From an uncultured virus (IMG/VR IMGVR_UViG_3300029985_000038) (Duplodnaviria > Heunggongvirae > Uroviricota > Caudoviricetes), in the IMG/VR virus record IMGVR_UViG_3300029985_000038: 20,000 nt of DNA. One strand, given 5' to 3'. Under the pieces are notes generated by a model, which worked only from the letters and a program-made list of their open reading frames with translations, was not told where the DNA came from and searched no databases. Positions within the stretch are counted from its first letter, which is position 1; each line of letters opens with the position of its first letter. Positions 1 through 9,306 of this stretch are shown here, piece by piece. A program made the translations under genes and the position numbers.

Positions 1-692
1 AACAATCTAAATTATTTTTTGTGGGTGATTTAGTAGCTAGAGGTCCTTATGATCTTGAGACTATTCAGTTTGTAAGAGAGCTACAAAGGCAAGCTTATTT
101 GGATGGTGGTAAAATTAATTCATGTATTGGTAATCATGACGCCTTGTTTGTTAGTTTAGTTTTAGGTCTTGAAGAACATGAATCTTATAAAGCTATAGAT
201 CCTGCCATTAGATATCATTATTACTTAAATGGCGGTAAAGAATCAATTATTGAAAGAGCATATGAGTCTTTTGATGATATCTTATGGTTATCAGAAAGAC
301 CAATGATGATTGTAGAGGATGGAATTGCTATTCAACATGCAGATTCAATTTCCTACTACAAACATTTAGCTTACTCAATGGATAAAGATGATTTTGTTGA
401 AGCTGCAAATGAAAAAGGGCAAGAACTAATGTCTACACATTTAGGTGCCTGGGAAGTTTTTGGAGATATGACTGACAGAAGAGATTGGGATTATTATGGT
501 AGATCCACTAAGGAAATGCAAGTTTATTTAGATATTTTAGGGGCTAAGCATTTGGTACATGGTCACAGTAGACATGATTTTAATTATCCTGTTATTTATT
601 ACGATGGCTTAATTGCTAATATTGATGGAAGTATGAGTTGTGGCTATAGAAATGATGAAGATCGTGGTTTTATTTACTGTCCCGAATTATAA
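1..692 (+). CDS. Calcineurin-like metallophosphoesterase (PPP-like), 5'-truncated by the window edge
   Basis: Frame is open from position 3. Motifs FVGDLVARGP (GDxxxRG), GNHD, QHAD and VHGHS. Confidence 0.85.
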   Translation, partial: QSKLFFVGDLVARGPYDLETIQFVRELQRQAYLDGGKINSCIGNHDALFVSLVLGLEEHESYKAIDPAIRYHYYLNGGKESIIERAYESFDDILWLSERPMMIVEDGIAIQHADSISYYKHLAYSMDKDDFVEAANEKGQELMSTHLGAWEVFGDMTDRRDWDYYGRSTKEMQVYLDILGAKHLVHGHSRHDFNYPVIYYDGLIANIDGSMSCGYRNDEDRGFIYCPEL

Positions 693-698
693 TTAATC

Positions 699-1481
699 AT
701 GAGTTATTTGTCTAGCGCAATTGTGTTAAACTGGAATGAATCTCACGTATCAGTCGATACCGTGAGATTACTCCTAAATGAAAATGTTGAAGTTATAGTT
801 GTTGATAATGGATCTGAGGATGGATCTTTTGATAAACTTAAAAAGGAATTCGGCGCATCAGCTAAAGTAATTGGATGTAATGAAAATTACGGTTCTTCAA
901 TTGGCAGGAATTTAGGGATAGAATTAGCTAGTCAAGAGTATACTTTCTTAATTGACGGTGACATTCTATACGTTCCTGGTACTATATCTGCTTATAAAGC
1001 AATATTAAAAGAATTTCCAGAGGCTGCTGTTGTGGGTTATTTTGACGCAGAACATAGAGCTAAAACCGGCTGGGCACATGGAGCTAGAAGTAGAGAAGAA
1101 GCAGATAAAAAAATGTCTGAAATCAAGAACATAGCAGATTGGTATCCTGTGGCGTGGACTCAATATGGACTTTTTAGAACAGCACTCTTAAAGAAGTATA
1201 AATTTGTAACAATTCCTCCATTTAATCAATATGGATATGGATTGGAAGATGATTGGTTCTATAATCAATTGAAAGCAGACGGTCATGAATCGCTCAGTGT
1301 TGATAAGCCTTTTTATTATCATGATGCACACTTTTCCATCAGAGAATTGACTAAAAAGGGTTTGTCTGATATGGCGGTTGAAAGAATGAGAGTTTATTCC
1401 AAACATTGGGGTGTAGGTAATACTTCTGGTGAAAAATTGCTTAAAGGTATTCCTTTATCATTTAAGAGAGTGGCTTACTAA
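699..1481 (+). CDS. Glycosyltransferase family 2 (GT-A fold)
   Basis: IVLNWN, VIVVDNGSEDGS, GRNLGI, FLIDGD (DxD) and GLEDDW; TATAAT at 688-693, 5 nt before the ATG. Confidence 0.9.
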   Translation: MSYLSSAIVLNWNESHVSVDTVRLLLNENVEVIVVDNGSEDGSFDKLKKEFGASAKVIGCNENYGSSIGRNLGIELASQEYTFLIDGDILYVPGTISAYKAILKEFPEAAVVGYFDAEHRAKTGWAHGARSREEADKKMSEIKNIADWYPVAWTQYGLFRTALLKKYKFVTIPPFNQYGYGLEDDWFYNQLKADGHESLSVDKPFYYHDAHFSIRELTKKGLSDMAVERMRVYSKHWGVGNTSGEKLLKGIPLSFKRVAY

Positions 1482-2148
1482 ACCATTTTTGATTAAAGAT
1501 AGACGCTGGCTCTAGGCAGAATTCACTAATACGTTCTCCAATCAAATATGCAGATTGACTGCCTAGATGTTCCACTTTAGAAGTACTTACTAATGCATGT
1601 TTAAGACCGTGTGCTTTAATTGTTTGAATAATATCATCATCTTGATACCAATAAGCAAAACGTTCATCTAATGGTGCTATTAAATCAATGGCTTTGCGAC
1701 TGTAAACAGTACACCAAGGGGAAAATAATATACCGTTTTCATAGCCCTCAATTACACCCAATGGCATATTTACATGACGCCACCAAGATGGAGATAGTGG
1801 AGATGCTACATCTAATTGATGACTTACAATGCCTTCATAAATGTTTGTGAACCAATGATGATCAAAGATCAAATCATTGTTGGAAAAAACAACATAATCA
1901 TTTTTACAGTATGACAATCCTATATTAAGGTAAGCATTGTAGTTAAAAGGTGTTTTAGGTTCTATGTAATGTGTATTTGGAAAAACATACTCCATATTTT
2001 TACGTTTATCTATATCAGCAGACTCCATTATAATAATATTAAATTCATGATCTGATTCGGAGTTTATTAAAGAAATTATTGCATTGCTCGTTAGGAGGAA
2101 CTGATGTTGATCAACTGTTTTTGTTAGTATTATTACGTCTACTTTCAT
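1462..2148 (-). CDS. Glycosyltransferase family 2-like
   Basis: VDVIILT, FNYNAYLNIG, VVFSNND, LDERFAYWYQDDD and VEH; AGGA SD-like sequence upstream; convergent 20-bp overlap with the previous gene. Confidence 0.85.
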   Translation of the reverse strand: MKVDVIILTKTVDQHQFLLTSNAIISLINSESDHEFNIIIMESADIDKRKNMEYVFPNTHYIEPKTPFNYNAYLNIGLSYCKNDYVVFSNNDLIFDHHWFTNIYEGIVSHQLDVASPLSPSWWRHVNMPLGVIEGYENGILFSPWCTVYSRKAIDLIAPLDERFAYWYQDDDIIQTIKAHGLKHALVSTSKVEHLGSQSAYLIGERISEFCLEPASIFNQKWFSKPLS

Positions 2149-2169
2149 GTGTAAAGTCCTATGTATATT

Positions 2170-2991
2170 TTAATTGGAAACCTCGTGGTATTGTTCGAGT
2201 AGATTGGCATTTTTAGATAAATATGAAAAGCTGGGTCGATATGAAAAATGTGAAGCTATTGCATTTCCACATATTAGCCAGTCTGCTTTTGCTTGGCTTC
2301 TTCCTACGTAATTGAAATGACTTTCATCGTGAGTTCCAAATGGTAGCATTGTTTCAAGAGTTGAACCACTCCAACAAATCATATTAATGGATACATAGTT
2401 TATATCAGGATAATTTATTGGGGCTTTAAACATATTTGTGTGTTGTGTCTTAATAGCTTTAAGTAAAAAGGTGTGAAGAAACATAGCTAATTCACCATTT
2501 TCATGATATGAAAAATTCTTAAACTTCTTATTGGGTATAATATTTCTTTTAAGAAAGGGTAAATGTGTATGAGAAGTATTAATAACATTAGCAGATACCA
2601 ATTTATATGAAGTGCCTTCCATTTCAGTTAGTAATTTACACATATTGTAAATGCAGTGTTCATCTATCCAGCATATATCGTCGTCCATTTTTATATATAT
2701 GGTGTTTGGGTCAATACAACGTTCGTAGTATTTAACATAATTAGATGGATGAAATTTCCAACCCTCTTCATCTTCAAGATTTACTACTTCGCACCAATTA
2801 GGATGTTTTTGTTGGAATTTACGTATATACATGATATCGTATGGTTTTTGTGTGCAAAGCCAAAGTTCAAGTTTGTCGATGATATGCTTGTGTTTAACTA
2901 AATTATTAAATAAGGTTTTTAAATGATACTCCCTGCCAACGGGGATGACAACAATCACCTTCTTATCATTAAACATACTATTTTTATACAT
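2170..2991 (-). CDS. Putative GT-A fold glycosyltransferase
   Basis: VIVVIPVGR N-terminus, IYIKMDDDICWI (DxD-like), VSANVIN, HDE and SHFSY. Confidence 0.65.
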   Translation of the reverse strand: MYKNSMFNDKKVIVVIPVGREYHLKTLFNNLVKHKHIIDKLELWLCTQKPYDIMYIRKFQQKHPNWCEVVNLEDEEGWKFHPSNYVKYYERCIDPNTIYIKMDDDICWIDEHCIYNMCKLLTEMEGTSYKLVSANVINTSHTHLPFLKRNIIPNKKFKNFSYHENGELAMFLHTFLLKAIKTQHTNMFKAPINYPDINYVSINMICWSGSTLETMLPFGTHDESHFNYVGRSQAKADWLICGNAIASHFSYRPSFSYLSKNANLLEQYHEVSN

Positions 2992-3011
2992 CTAATTAGG
3001 TATAATAAGGT

Positions 3012-3461
3012 ATGATTTTCAAAACAAAACCAATGGATCTTTTAGTTATGGCATCGGAAATTGATCCAACCGAACAAGAGCGAAAACTTAAAGAAGCTAA
3101 AGAATTATTGATTGCTGATGGGTGGGTTAGTTTGAGTACAGAGTGTTCAGAGGACTATTATTTAGTTTACACTGCTGATGGAACCTTTGGTATTTATTGG
3201 CTTGAATGGGATAGTGATTATAGTGATTGGACATGGCAAACGACTTATTATCCTGTTTTTTGGAAGTTTAAACCGCATTTATCTTATAAAGATAATGACT
3301 ATTACAAATACATGGATGAAATGGTAACTCAAGGTCCAGGTTGGATTTTAGTAGCAAAAACTTTACCACAACTTACTGAAAATTCTTTAAAGGCTCATAA
3401 GCTTATGGGCGAATATTGGAGCCTTGAATGTGGTGATGCTGAAGAAGAGGTCGTGGTATGA
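3012..3461 (+). CDS. Hypothetical protein, paralog of 3458-3850
   Basis: 149-aa ORF; TATAAT at 3001-3006; shares AKELLIxDGW, FWxFKP, YYKY and TENS with the next gene. Confidence 0.8.
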   Translation: MIFKTKPMDLLVMASEIDPTEQERKLKEAKELLIADGWVSLSTECSEDYYLVYTADGTFGIYWLEWDSDYSDWTWQTTYYPVFWKFKPHLSYKDNDYYKYMDEMVTQGPGWILVAKTLPQLTENSLKAHKLMGEYWSLECGDAEEEVVV

Positions 3462-3850
3462 TTAAAACAAAAGAACAAGAAGAACAAGAAGAGTTATTTC
3501 GCTCAGCTAAAGAATTATTAATTAAAGACGGCTGGTTAGTTTTAGATAAAACTATTCCAGATGGTTATTATTTGTTACATACGTCATCCAACGAAAATGT
3601 GGATCTTTATTGGATACAATGGGAAAATGAAAAAACCTGTTTCTGGAGATTTAAGCCAACGGGTTCACCTGAAGAAACTCCAAAATATTACAAATATTTT
3701 GATGATTGTATGACACCCTCACCAGAATCATTCTTTTTAGTATCACCTACAGTAATTAGTCCAACTGAAAATTCTATTCAGGCATATGAATTATTAGAGA
3801 CGTTTTGGGATAGAGTGTTATATTCAGAAGATTATGCAGAGGAAGTATAA
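3458..3850 (+). CDS. Hypothetical protein, paralog of 3012-3461
   Basis: ATGA overlap with the upstream stop; same shared motifs. Confidence 0.8.
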   Translation: MIKTKEQEEQEELFRSAKELLIKDGWLVLDKTIPDGYYLLHTSSNENVDLYWIQWENEKTCFWRFKPTGSPEETPKYYKYFDDCMTPSPESFFLVSPTVISPTENSIQAYELLETFWDRVLYSEDYAEEV

Positions 3851-3856
3851 TTAAAT

Positions 3857-5080
3857 ATGTTAAAATTTCCAATTTTATACCACAAAGGTAAGGGTGGGGA
3901 AATTCGTGTTTGGTCTGTTTGGTCTGATGGCGATACTGTTTTTACAGAATATGGCGTCGAAAACGGTATTATGCAAATTTCCTCAAAGAAAGTTATTGCT
4001 AAAAATGTAGGTAAGAAATCTGCTACAACAGTAGAAGAACAAGCCGATAAAGAAGCTAAAAGTCAATGGGAGTTCAAAAAGAAACGAAAGTATTCTGAAT
4101 CAGTTGATGCAGCAGAAGAAGTTTTGCAACTTCCTATGTTAGCTAAAGATTACACTCCTGATAAGATTGTTTTCCCAGCTTTAATGCAACCAAAATTAGA
4201 TGGTGTACGTTGTGAAGCGTTTTGGGACGGCGATAGAATTAAACTTATTTCTAGAGCAGGTTTAGAGTGGACTGTACCAAATCATATTGCTGAACAAGTT
4301 GCGAATGTGTTACCTAAAGGTTCACAATTCGACGGAGAGCTATATGTTCATGGTAAGTCATGTCAAACTATCACTTCGTATGTAAAGCGTCTACAACCGC
4401 AAACAGAACTAGTAGAATATCATATCTATGATATGCCAGTGGTTGATGGTGATGATACATTAACTAATGAAGAAAGACATGCTGCTTTAACTAATATTTT
4501 AAAGGATTGTCAAGAAACTCACTTAATTCTAGTGGAAACAATTGAAGTTCATAATGAAAAAGAAATTAAAGATACAGAAGCATATTGGGTATCTTTAGGT
4601 TATGAAGGTGGAATTGTGAGAAATAAGAAAGGTATTTATCGTTTTGGTTATCGTTCTTGGGATTTACAAAAAGTAAAAACCTTTAAAGATGGTGAGTTTG
4701 AAGTGATTGGCTGTAAAGAGGGTGTTGGAAAAATGGTGGGTTGTGCTATTTTTGAATGTCGTAATGATATTACAGACGCAACTTTTGACGTTACTTGTTC
4801 ATGCCCAACAATAGAAAAACAAGAACAATATAAAAATAGACATAAATATATTGGAAAATTATTGACGGTTAAGTATTTTGATAGGACTGATGATGGCATT
4901 CTTCGCTTCCCGGTGGGTAAACTATTTAGAGCAGATGAAGATTTATCTAAAAATCTTATACCTATTAAAGTTTCACTTAATGAGGTATTAGTTAATGCTA
5001 TAATCTCCAAAGCAACAGTAAAGCCAAAGGATAAAACCAAGAAGAAATCTTTGTTTGACACTATTTTAGAAGAAGATTAA
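3857..5080 (+). CDS. lig: ATP-dependent DNA ligase (phage type)
   Basis: PMLA, motif I QPKLDGVRC (KxDG), FDGELY, YHIYD, GYEGGIVR, LQKVK and C-terminal OB-fold LRFPV. Confidence 0.93.
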   Translation: MLKFPILYHKGKGGEIRVWSVWSDGDTVFTEYGVENGIMQISSKKVIAKNVGKKSATTVEEQADKEAKSQWEFKKKRKYSESVDAAEEVLQLPMLAKDYTPDKIVFPALMQPKLDGVRCEAFWDGDRIKLISRAGLEWTVPNHIAEQVANVLPKGSQFDGELYVHGKSCQTITSYVKRLQPQTELVEYHIYDMPVVDGDDTLTNEERHAALTNILKDCQETHLILVETIEVHNEKEIKDTEAYWVSLGYEGGIVRNKKGIYRFGYRSWDLQKVKTFKDGEFEVIGCKEGVGKMVGCAIFECRNDITDATFDVTCSCPTIEKQEQYKNRHKYIGKLLTVKYFDRTDDGILRFPVGKLFRADEDLSKNLIPIKVSLNEVLVNAIISKATVKPKDKTKKKSLFDTILEED

Positions 5081-5583
5081 TGAAACTTACAAATTTAATT
5101 GTTACGCAAGATGACGTGCGAAATGTCGATATCATAATTCCCATGATGGATTCTATTTATTATGGGGTTCTGTTTGATGAAGCACACGTTTGTTCTTACC
5201 ATCGAAATGGAAGTCCTAACGCCTTAATCAAGTTAAGTCGTTTTCCAGACGGTCTTGTTTTCGTACATGATGGTCATCATCGTTTAGTTGCTAAGCAGCT
5301 TTGTGGTGTATTGGAAATTTACGAATGTGAATACAAAATTACAGATTGGAAGTGTTACACAGATTATTCTAAGGCGAATTTGGATCATGGTTGGTATACT
5401 CCATTTGATCCTAGATTTGAAATTCGTAAAGCTGAATTTTTTGATTTTAAAGAAGAGGTTTTATCTCAGATGGAGCATGAAAGAATTGGTTATATTTATG
5501 ATAACAGACATAAATATTGTAAACCTCGGACGCTACATACTGTAGCGGAATTAGCAGACAAAATTAAAAGTAGACTCAAATGA
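5080..5583 (+). CDS. ParB/Srx-like N-terminal domain protein
   Basis: LIVTQ near the N-terminus and FVHDGHHRLVA (DGHHR) motif; TAATG coupling to the ligase stop. Confidence 0.6.
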   Translation: MKLTNLIVTQDDVRNVDIIIPMMDSIYYGVLFDEAHVCSYHRNGSPNALIKLSRFPDGLVFVHDGHHRLVAKQLCGVLEIYECEYKITDWKCYTDYSKANLDHGWYTPFDPRFEIRKAEFFDFKEEVLSQMEHERIGYIYDNRHKYCKPRTLHTVAELADKIKSRLK

Positions 5584-5598
5584 ATCTGCTTTTAATTT
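5561..5598. terminator. Probable bidirectional terminator hairpin between convergent genes
   Basis: AAATTAAAAGTAGACTCA / TGAATCTGCTTTTAATTT inverted repeat with one G-U pair and one mismatch. Confidence 0.7.
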
Positions 5599-6889
5599 AT
5601 CTAATATTATGAATTAGTTGCGCTTCCATACCATTCTTCTTATCCCATACAAAAGCTTCTGAGGAACGGATGTTACCAACATAGCCCTTTGAATAATGCC
5701 AGAAGTCAGCAGTAGTTAAAGATGGAAGAATTCTGGTGCGTACACCAACGTTTTCATCTACATCTATTCTAGAATAGACTTTCTTACTGTGGAAGTGTCC
5801 AATGTGAACTTCACGGAATGTAGCCTTAGCCCATAATTGTGGTTCTTCTTGTGCCATAATTAAAGGTAATTGAGTAATCTTTTCCTCATTACCATGAGTA
5901 AACATCAATAAGACTTCTCCGTAGTCGTAATACTTTCTCTTCTTTGGAGAGTTGTAAATTGAAACTTCTGGATCGTTTGCATAACATAGATCCAAAGCAT
6001 CGCCAAGATAGAACATGGTTTCTACATCATGGTTTCCTGGGACAATAACAACGTCTACAGCCGCAACTTCTCTTAGACGATTAATTACATCACAAAGCAT
6101 TATTCGTGCCTCTCTGTACAATTTAAAGTGTCTACTATCAGTATCTTGGTGAGTACCTTTGGTTGTTGTATTTAATAGGTTATCGCTATTTAAGTAGTCA
6201 TTTCCAACAACGAAAAGAATCTTTTCGACATTGAATCCAGCCGCTTTTTGCAATAGATCATTTACAGCATCACAATAGGTTTTCTTAGCAATTTTAAGGT
6301 CGTAATCGTTACCGACTTCTTCACCCCAACACAATTTACCTAAGTGATGGTCTGCAATACAGATTTGCAATAGCTTACCATCATTAGATTTTACTCTAGT
6401 TGGAGTTCCAAATGCGGTTGGTGAATAGTTTTTAAGATCGTCTTTAAGTTCGTTATAAATCTTTTTGAGATTAACAACTTCCTTTTTCTTTTTCAGAGTT
6501 GCTTTAACTTGGAACAAAGGTTGAACCTTCGTGTCAAATCCAGCCCTAGAATCAGAATCAATCTTAATAAATCCTTCCCACTTATTGACAACAAATCTTT
6601 CTACTTCCCAAATAGACGTATCTACTTGTGCGTATTCCAATAATTCATCCAGCGTGTGAATTGAAGTCTTGTTAATAGCAATGCTTAGTGTGTCTTTTGT
6701 TTCAACAATTTGTTCATTGTTTACTAAATTAGATTTAGTTACAGCTTCCGCAGTTGCGGGTTTATTACTTTTCTCTAAAAACAATTTTACCTGTCTTAAA
6801 GTTCCACCATGTCTTGTACCTAATTCATTTCTAGTCATACCAGTTGAACGATCTAACCAGAATTTATTTTCATCTTGAGGTTTCCACAT
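5597..6889 (-). CDS. Calcineurin-like metallophosphoesterase with long N-terminal extension
   Basis: IADHHLGK, VGNDYLN, PGNHD, FTHG and HIGHFH motifs. Start moved from 7003 to ATG 6889 (MWKPQ), which has TATAAT 6 nt upstream and removes the overlap with prs. Confidence 0.85.
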   Translation of the reverse strand: MWKPQDENKFWLDRSTGMTRNELGTRHGGTLRQVKLFLEKSNKPATAEAVTKSNLVNNEQIVETKDTLSIAINKTSIHTLDELLEYAQVDTSIWEVERFVVNKWEGFIKIDSDSRAGFDTKVQPLFQVKATLKKKKEVVNLKKIYNELKDDLKNYSPTAFGTPTRVKSNDGKLLQICIADHHLGKLCWGEEVGNDYDLKIAKKTYCDAVNDLLQKAAGFNVEKILFVVGNDYLNSDNLLNTTTKGTHQDTDSRHFKLYREARIMLCDVINRLREVAAVDVVIVPGNHDVETMFYLGDALDLCYANDPEVSIYNSPKKRKYYDYGEVLLMFTHGNEEKITQLPLIMAQEEPQLWAKATFREVHIGHFHSKKVYSRIDVDENVGVRTRILPSLTTADFWHYSKGYVGNIRSSEAFVWDKKNGMEAQLIHNIR

Positions 6890-6964
6890 GTTTTTATTAT
6901 ACGAAAAGCTGCTCGTTATTACCTGCTCGTGTTTTTCAAAGAATCGAGCGGGTATAATAAATCC
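6890..6964. promoter_or_regulatory. Divergent promoter region with two -10 boxes and repeats
   Basis: TATAAT on the minus strand at 6896-6901 and on the plus strand at 6953-6958, each 6 nt from an ATG. CTGCTCGT occurs twice, with an inverted copy CGAGCGGG. Confidence 0.65.
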
Positions 6965-7918
6965 ATGATTAATGATTATGTTGTCTATGATGGTGGTCAA
7001 CACCCCGAACTTGCGAAATTAATTGCCGATAGAGTTGGTTCTTTAGGCATTTTGACTGTTAAAAGATTTGCTGATGGTGAAATTGGTGTTAATATTGAGG
7101 AAAGCGTTCGTGATAAGAAAGTTTTCTTGATTGCTCCAACTGCACCACCAGTTAATGATAGCTTAATGGCACTTATGATTAGCTTAGATGCTTTTATGAG
7201 AGCTTCAGCTAGTGAGGTTAATGTGGTAATGCCATATTTTGGATATGCTCGTCAAGACAAAAAGGTTCATCCAAGAGAACCTATTACAGCAAAATTGGTG
7301 GCTAACATGCTTCAAATGTATAGTAACGTGAATCGAATCGTTACTTTAGATTTACACGCTCCACAAATTCAAGGTTTCTTTAATATTCCGGTAGACCATT
7401 TGTACGGTGGTCCACTTATTGCTGATTACTTCTTGGAAAGAGAATTTCATAAACAAAATATTGTTGTAGTGTCACCTGACGTATCTAGTGTTAGTAGAGC
7501 TAGAGGATTGGCTGATGTTTTGAAGTGTCCAATTGCGATCATTTCTAAGCGTAGACCAGTTGCTAATGAAGTTGAAATTATGGAAATCATTGGTGATGTT
7601 GATGATAAAATCTGCATTATGCTTGATGATATGTGCGATACAGGTTCAACTCTCGTGAAAGGATCTGAGGCTTTAATGCATCGTGGTGCAACTGAAGTTT
7701 ATATGGCTGCAACTCATGGACTATTTTCTGGTAAGGCTAAGAATAATTTTATGTCCGCAGATCACATTAAAGAAGTTGTATGTTTAAACACGACACCAAT
7801 GAATCAACATAAAATTTTTGATAAATTAACTGTTTTAGATTGTTCTCCAATGATTGCAGAAGCTATTGAACGAATTGCTGCTAATAAATCAGTTAGCGAA
7901 ATGTTTAATCGTGGATAA
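6965..7918 (+). CDS. prs: Ribose-phosphate pyrophosphokinase (PRPP synthetase)
   Basis: RFADGE, MPYFGYARQDKK, LDLHAPQIQGFF, VVVSPD and LDDMCDTGST (PRPP-binding loop), ATHGLFS. Start moved to ATG 6965. Confidence 0.95.
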   Translation: MINDYVVYDGGQHPELAKLIADRVGSLGILTVKRFADGEIGVNIEESVRDKKVFLIAPTAPPVNDSLMALMISLDAFMRASASEVNVVMPYFGYARQDKKVHPREPITAKLVANMLQMYSNVNRIVTLDLHAPQIQGFFNIPVDHLYGGPLIADYFLEREFHKQNIVVVSPDVSSVSRARGLADVLKCPIAIISKRRPVANEVEIMEIIGDVDDKICIMLDDMCDTGSTLVKGSEALMHRGATEVYMAATHGLFSGKAKNNFMSADHIKEVVCLNTTPMNQHKIFDKLTVLDCSPMIAEAIERIAANKSVSEMFNRG

Positions 7919-7934
7919 TTTGTATAAATAAAAT

Positions 7935-8639
7935 ATGGTTATACCCAAAACGTTTCATTTTATATGGATCGGTGATCAACTGATGCCTGATTTTGCTAAA
8001 AAAATAATTGGTAGCTGGGTAATGAAACATCCATCTTGGAATCTTGTTATTTGGGATAATAAAAGAGTTGAAAAAACTTTTTTAAAACAAGATTCTACAC
8101 ACTTTATGTTTAATGAACAAGCATATTTAGATTGTCAAATATGGGCACAAAAATCAGATATATTAAGATATGAAATCCTTTTTTGGTTTGGTGGTGTATA
8201 TCTTGATGTTGATGTTTTTTGCTTTAAAAATATAGAAGACATTATTAAAGATGAAAAAGCTTTCACTTGCTGGTCTTATAAACCTATTTATTGTATAGAA
8301 AATGCAATAATTGGAAGTATACCATATACTAAAACAATGTGGAATGCAATACTGGGTGCTGGAAATGGCATAAGACATTGTAAAGATGATGTTTTGCAAT
8401 CTACAGGTCCATATATGTTAAAAACTATATGGACTAATGATGATAATATTAAAAAATTAGATCATGATTACTTTTTAAATCATTTACTCATAAATGATTT
8501 TCTAGATGGTAATATTAATTTATCAAATCACCCAGAAATTCATTCTGTTCATTTTTGTCTTTCATCATGGCACAGTAAAGAACGCTATGATTATCAGTTT
8601 GAAAAAATTAAAAAATTTATTAAAGATGCATATGTATAA
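7935..8639 (+). CDS. Glycosyltransferase, DXD sugar-binding (GT32/Och1-like)
   Basis: IPKTFHFIW, KSDILRYEIL, GGVYLDVD, TGP and a C-terminal H-x4-SW. Confidence 0.9.
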   Translation: MVIPKTFHFIWIGDQLMPDFAKKIIGSWVMKHPSWNLVIWDNKRVEKTFLKQDSTHFMFNEQAYLDCQIWAQKSDILRYEILFWFGGVYLDVDVFCFKNIEDIIKDEKAFTCWSYKPIYCIENAIIGSIPYTKTMWNAILGAGNGIRHCKDDVLQSTGPYMLKTIWTNDDNIKKLDHDYFLNHLLINDFLDGNINLSNHPEIHSVHFCLSSWHSKERYDYQFEKIKKFIKDAYV

Positions 8640-8733
8640 AGATTTATTTGAATCCAGATGGGATAAAATAGAAAGTTTAGTTTTAGATATTTAGTAGCAA
8701 GGACTTTGAATTTATTTTTTTAAAAATAGTAGC

Positions 8734-9048
8734 ATGGAGGACGACATGCTTGTAACAATTTTAATAGATTCATATTTAAATCTTGATTCGTTATTAAACA
8801 CAATAGATTTTATTAATGATAAATTCAAAAAAATAGAATTTGAAATAATAGTTCACGTACACGACGAAAACAACAGAGATGTTAAGAAAATTTTAGGTTA
8901 TATCTATGAACATAGAATCTGCAATCTTAGACTGTATACTAAGAATGATGATCAAATGCAAAATAAAGCTACAGGAGAAATGATCGTCAATTGGGTTGGT
9001 TTAGGAGAAAATCCTAAAATTCCCAAAAAAGTGTACGAACATGGATAA
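8734..9048 (+). CDS. Small protein resembling a degenerate GT2 N-terminal half
   Basis: VTILI, LLNTI, FEIIVHVHD and KATGEMIV follow the GT2 N-terminal pattern, but there is no DxD and it is only 104 aa. Confidence 0.5.
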   Translation: MEDDMLVTILIDSYLNLDSLLNTIDFINDKFKKIEFEIIVHVHDENNRDVKKILGYIYEHRICNLRLYTKNDDQMQNKATGEMIVNWVGLGENPKIPKKVYEHG

Positions 9049-9080
9049 AACCATGTAGGGTTGGGTATAATAAGGATACC

Positions 9081-9155
9081 ATGATGAACGCAACATCCAA
9101 TATGAATATCACTTCCAGCGTTCGTCTTCAGCAACGAAGACAGCAACGCCCATAA
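9081..9155 (+). CDS. Putative Gln/Arg-rich leader peptide MMNATSNMNITSSVRLQQRRQQRP (24 aa), absent from the ORF track
   Basis: TATAAT 9066-9071 and AAGGA 9072-9076 upstream. 8 of the last 10 codons are Gln or Arg. The TAA stop lies in the loop of hairpin ACGCCC-ATAA-GGGCGT, about 70 nt before the tRNA cluster. Confidence 0.65.
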   Translation: MMNATSNMNITSSVRLQQRRQQRP

Positions 9156-9226
9156 GGGCGTCTCTTTATGTCTACGTATATGTGCTGGCAATCCCAACCC
9201 TGTTTCTAAAATTTAATATATATTAT

Positions 9227-9297
9227 TGTGGATTCGTTCAATGGCAGGACCTAACACTTTGAATGTTAGTATTAGAGTTCGAATCTCTGATCCACGG
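9227..9297 (+). tRNA. tRNA-Gln(TTG)
   Basis: Acceptor TGTGGAT/ATCCACG, D-arm GTTC..GGAC, anticodon arm TAACA-CTTTGAA-TGTTA, T-loop TTCGAAT, G73; no encoded CCA. Confidence 0.92.
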
Positions 9298-9306
9298 CGA
9301 GAAAAT

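Noticed and set aside
6875..7003. Apparent head-to-head overlap of prs and the phosphoesterase
   Set aside because: Artefact of longest-ORF starts; better starts at 6965(+) and 6889(-) leave a 75-bp divergent promoter region.
9057..9201. tmRNA-like interpretation (stop codon in a hairpin loop)
   Set aside because: No tRNA-Ala-like acceptor or T-arm, too short, the ORF has its own ATG, and it does not end in an Ala-rich tag.
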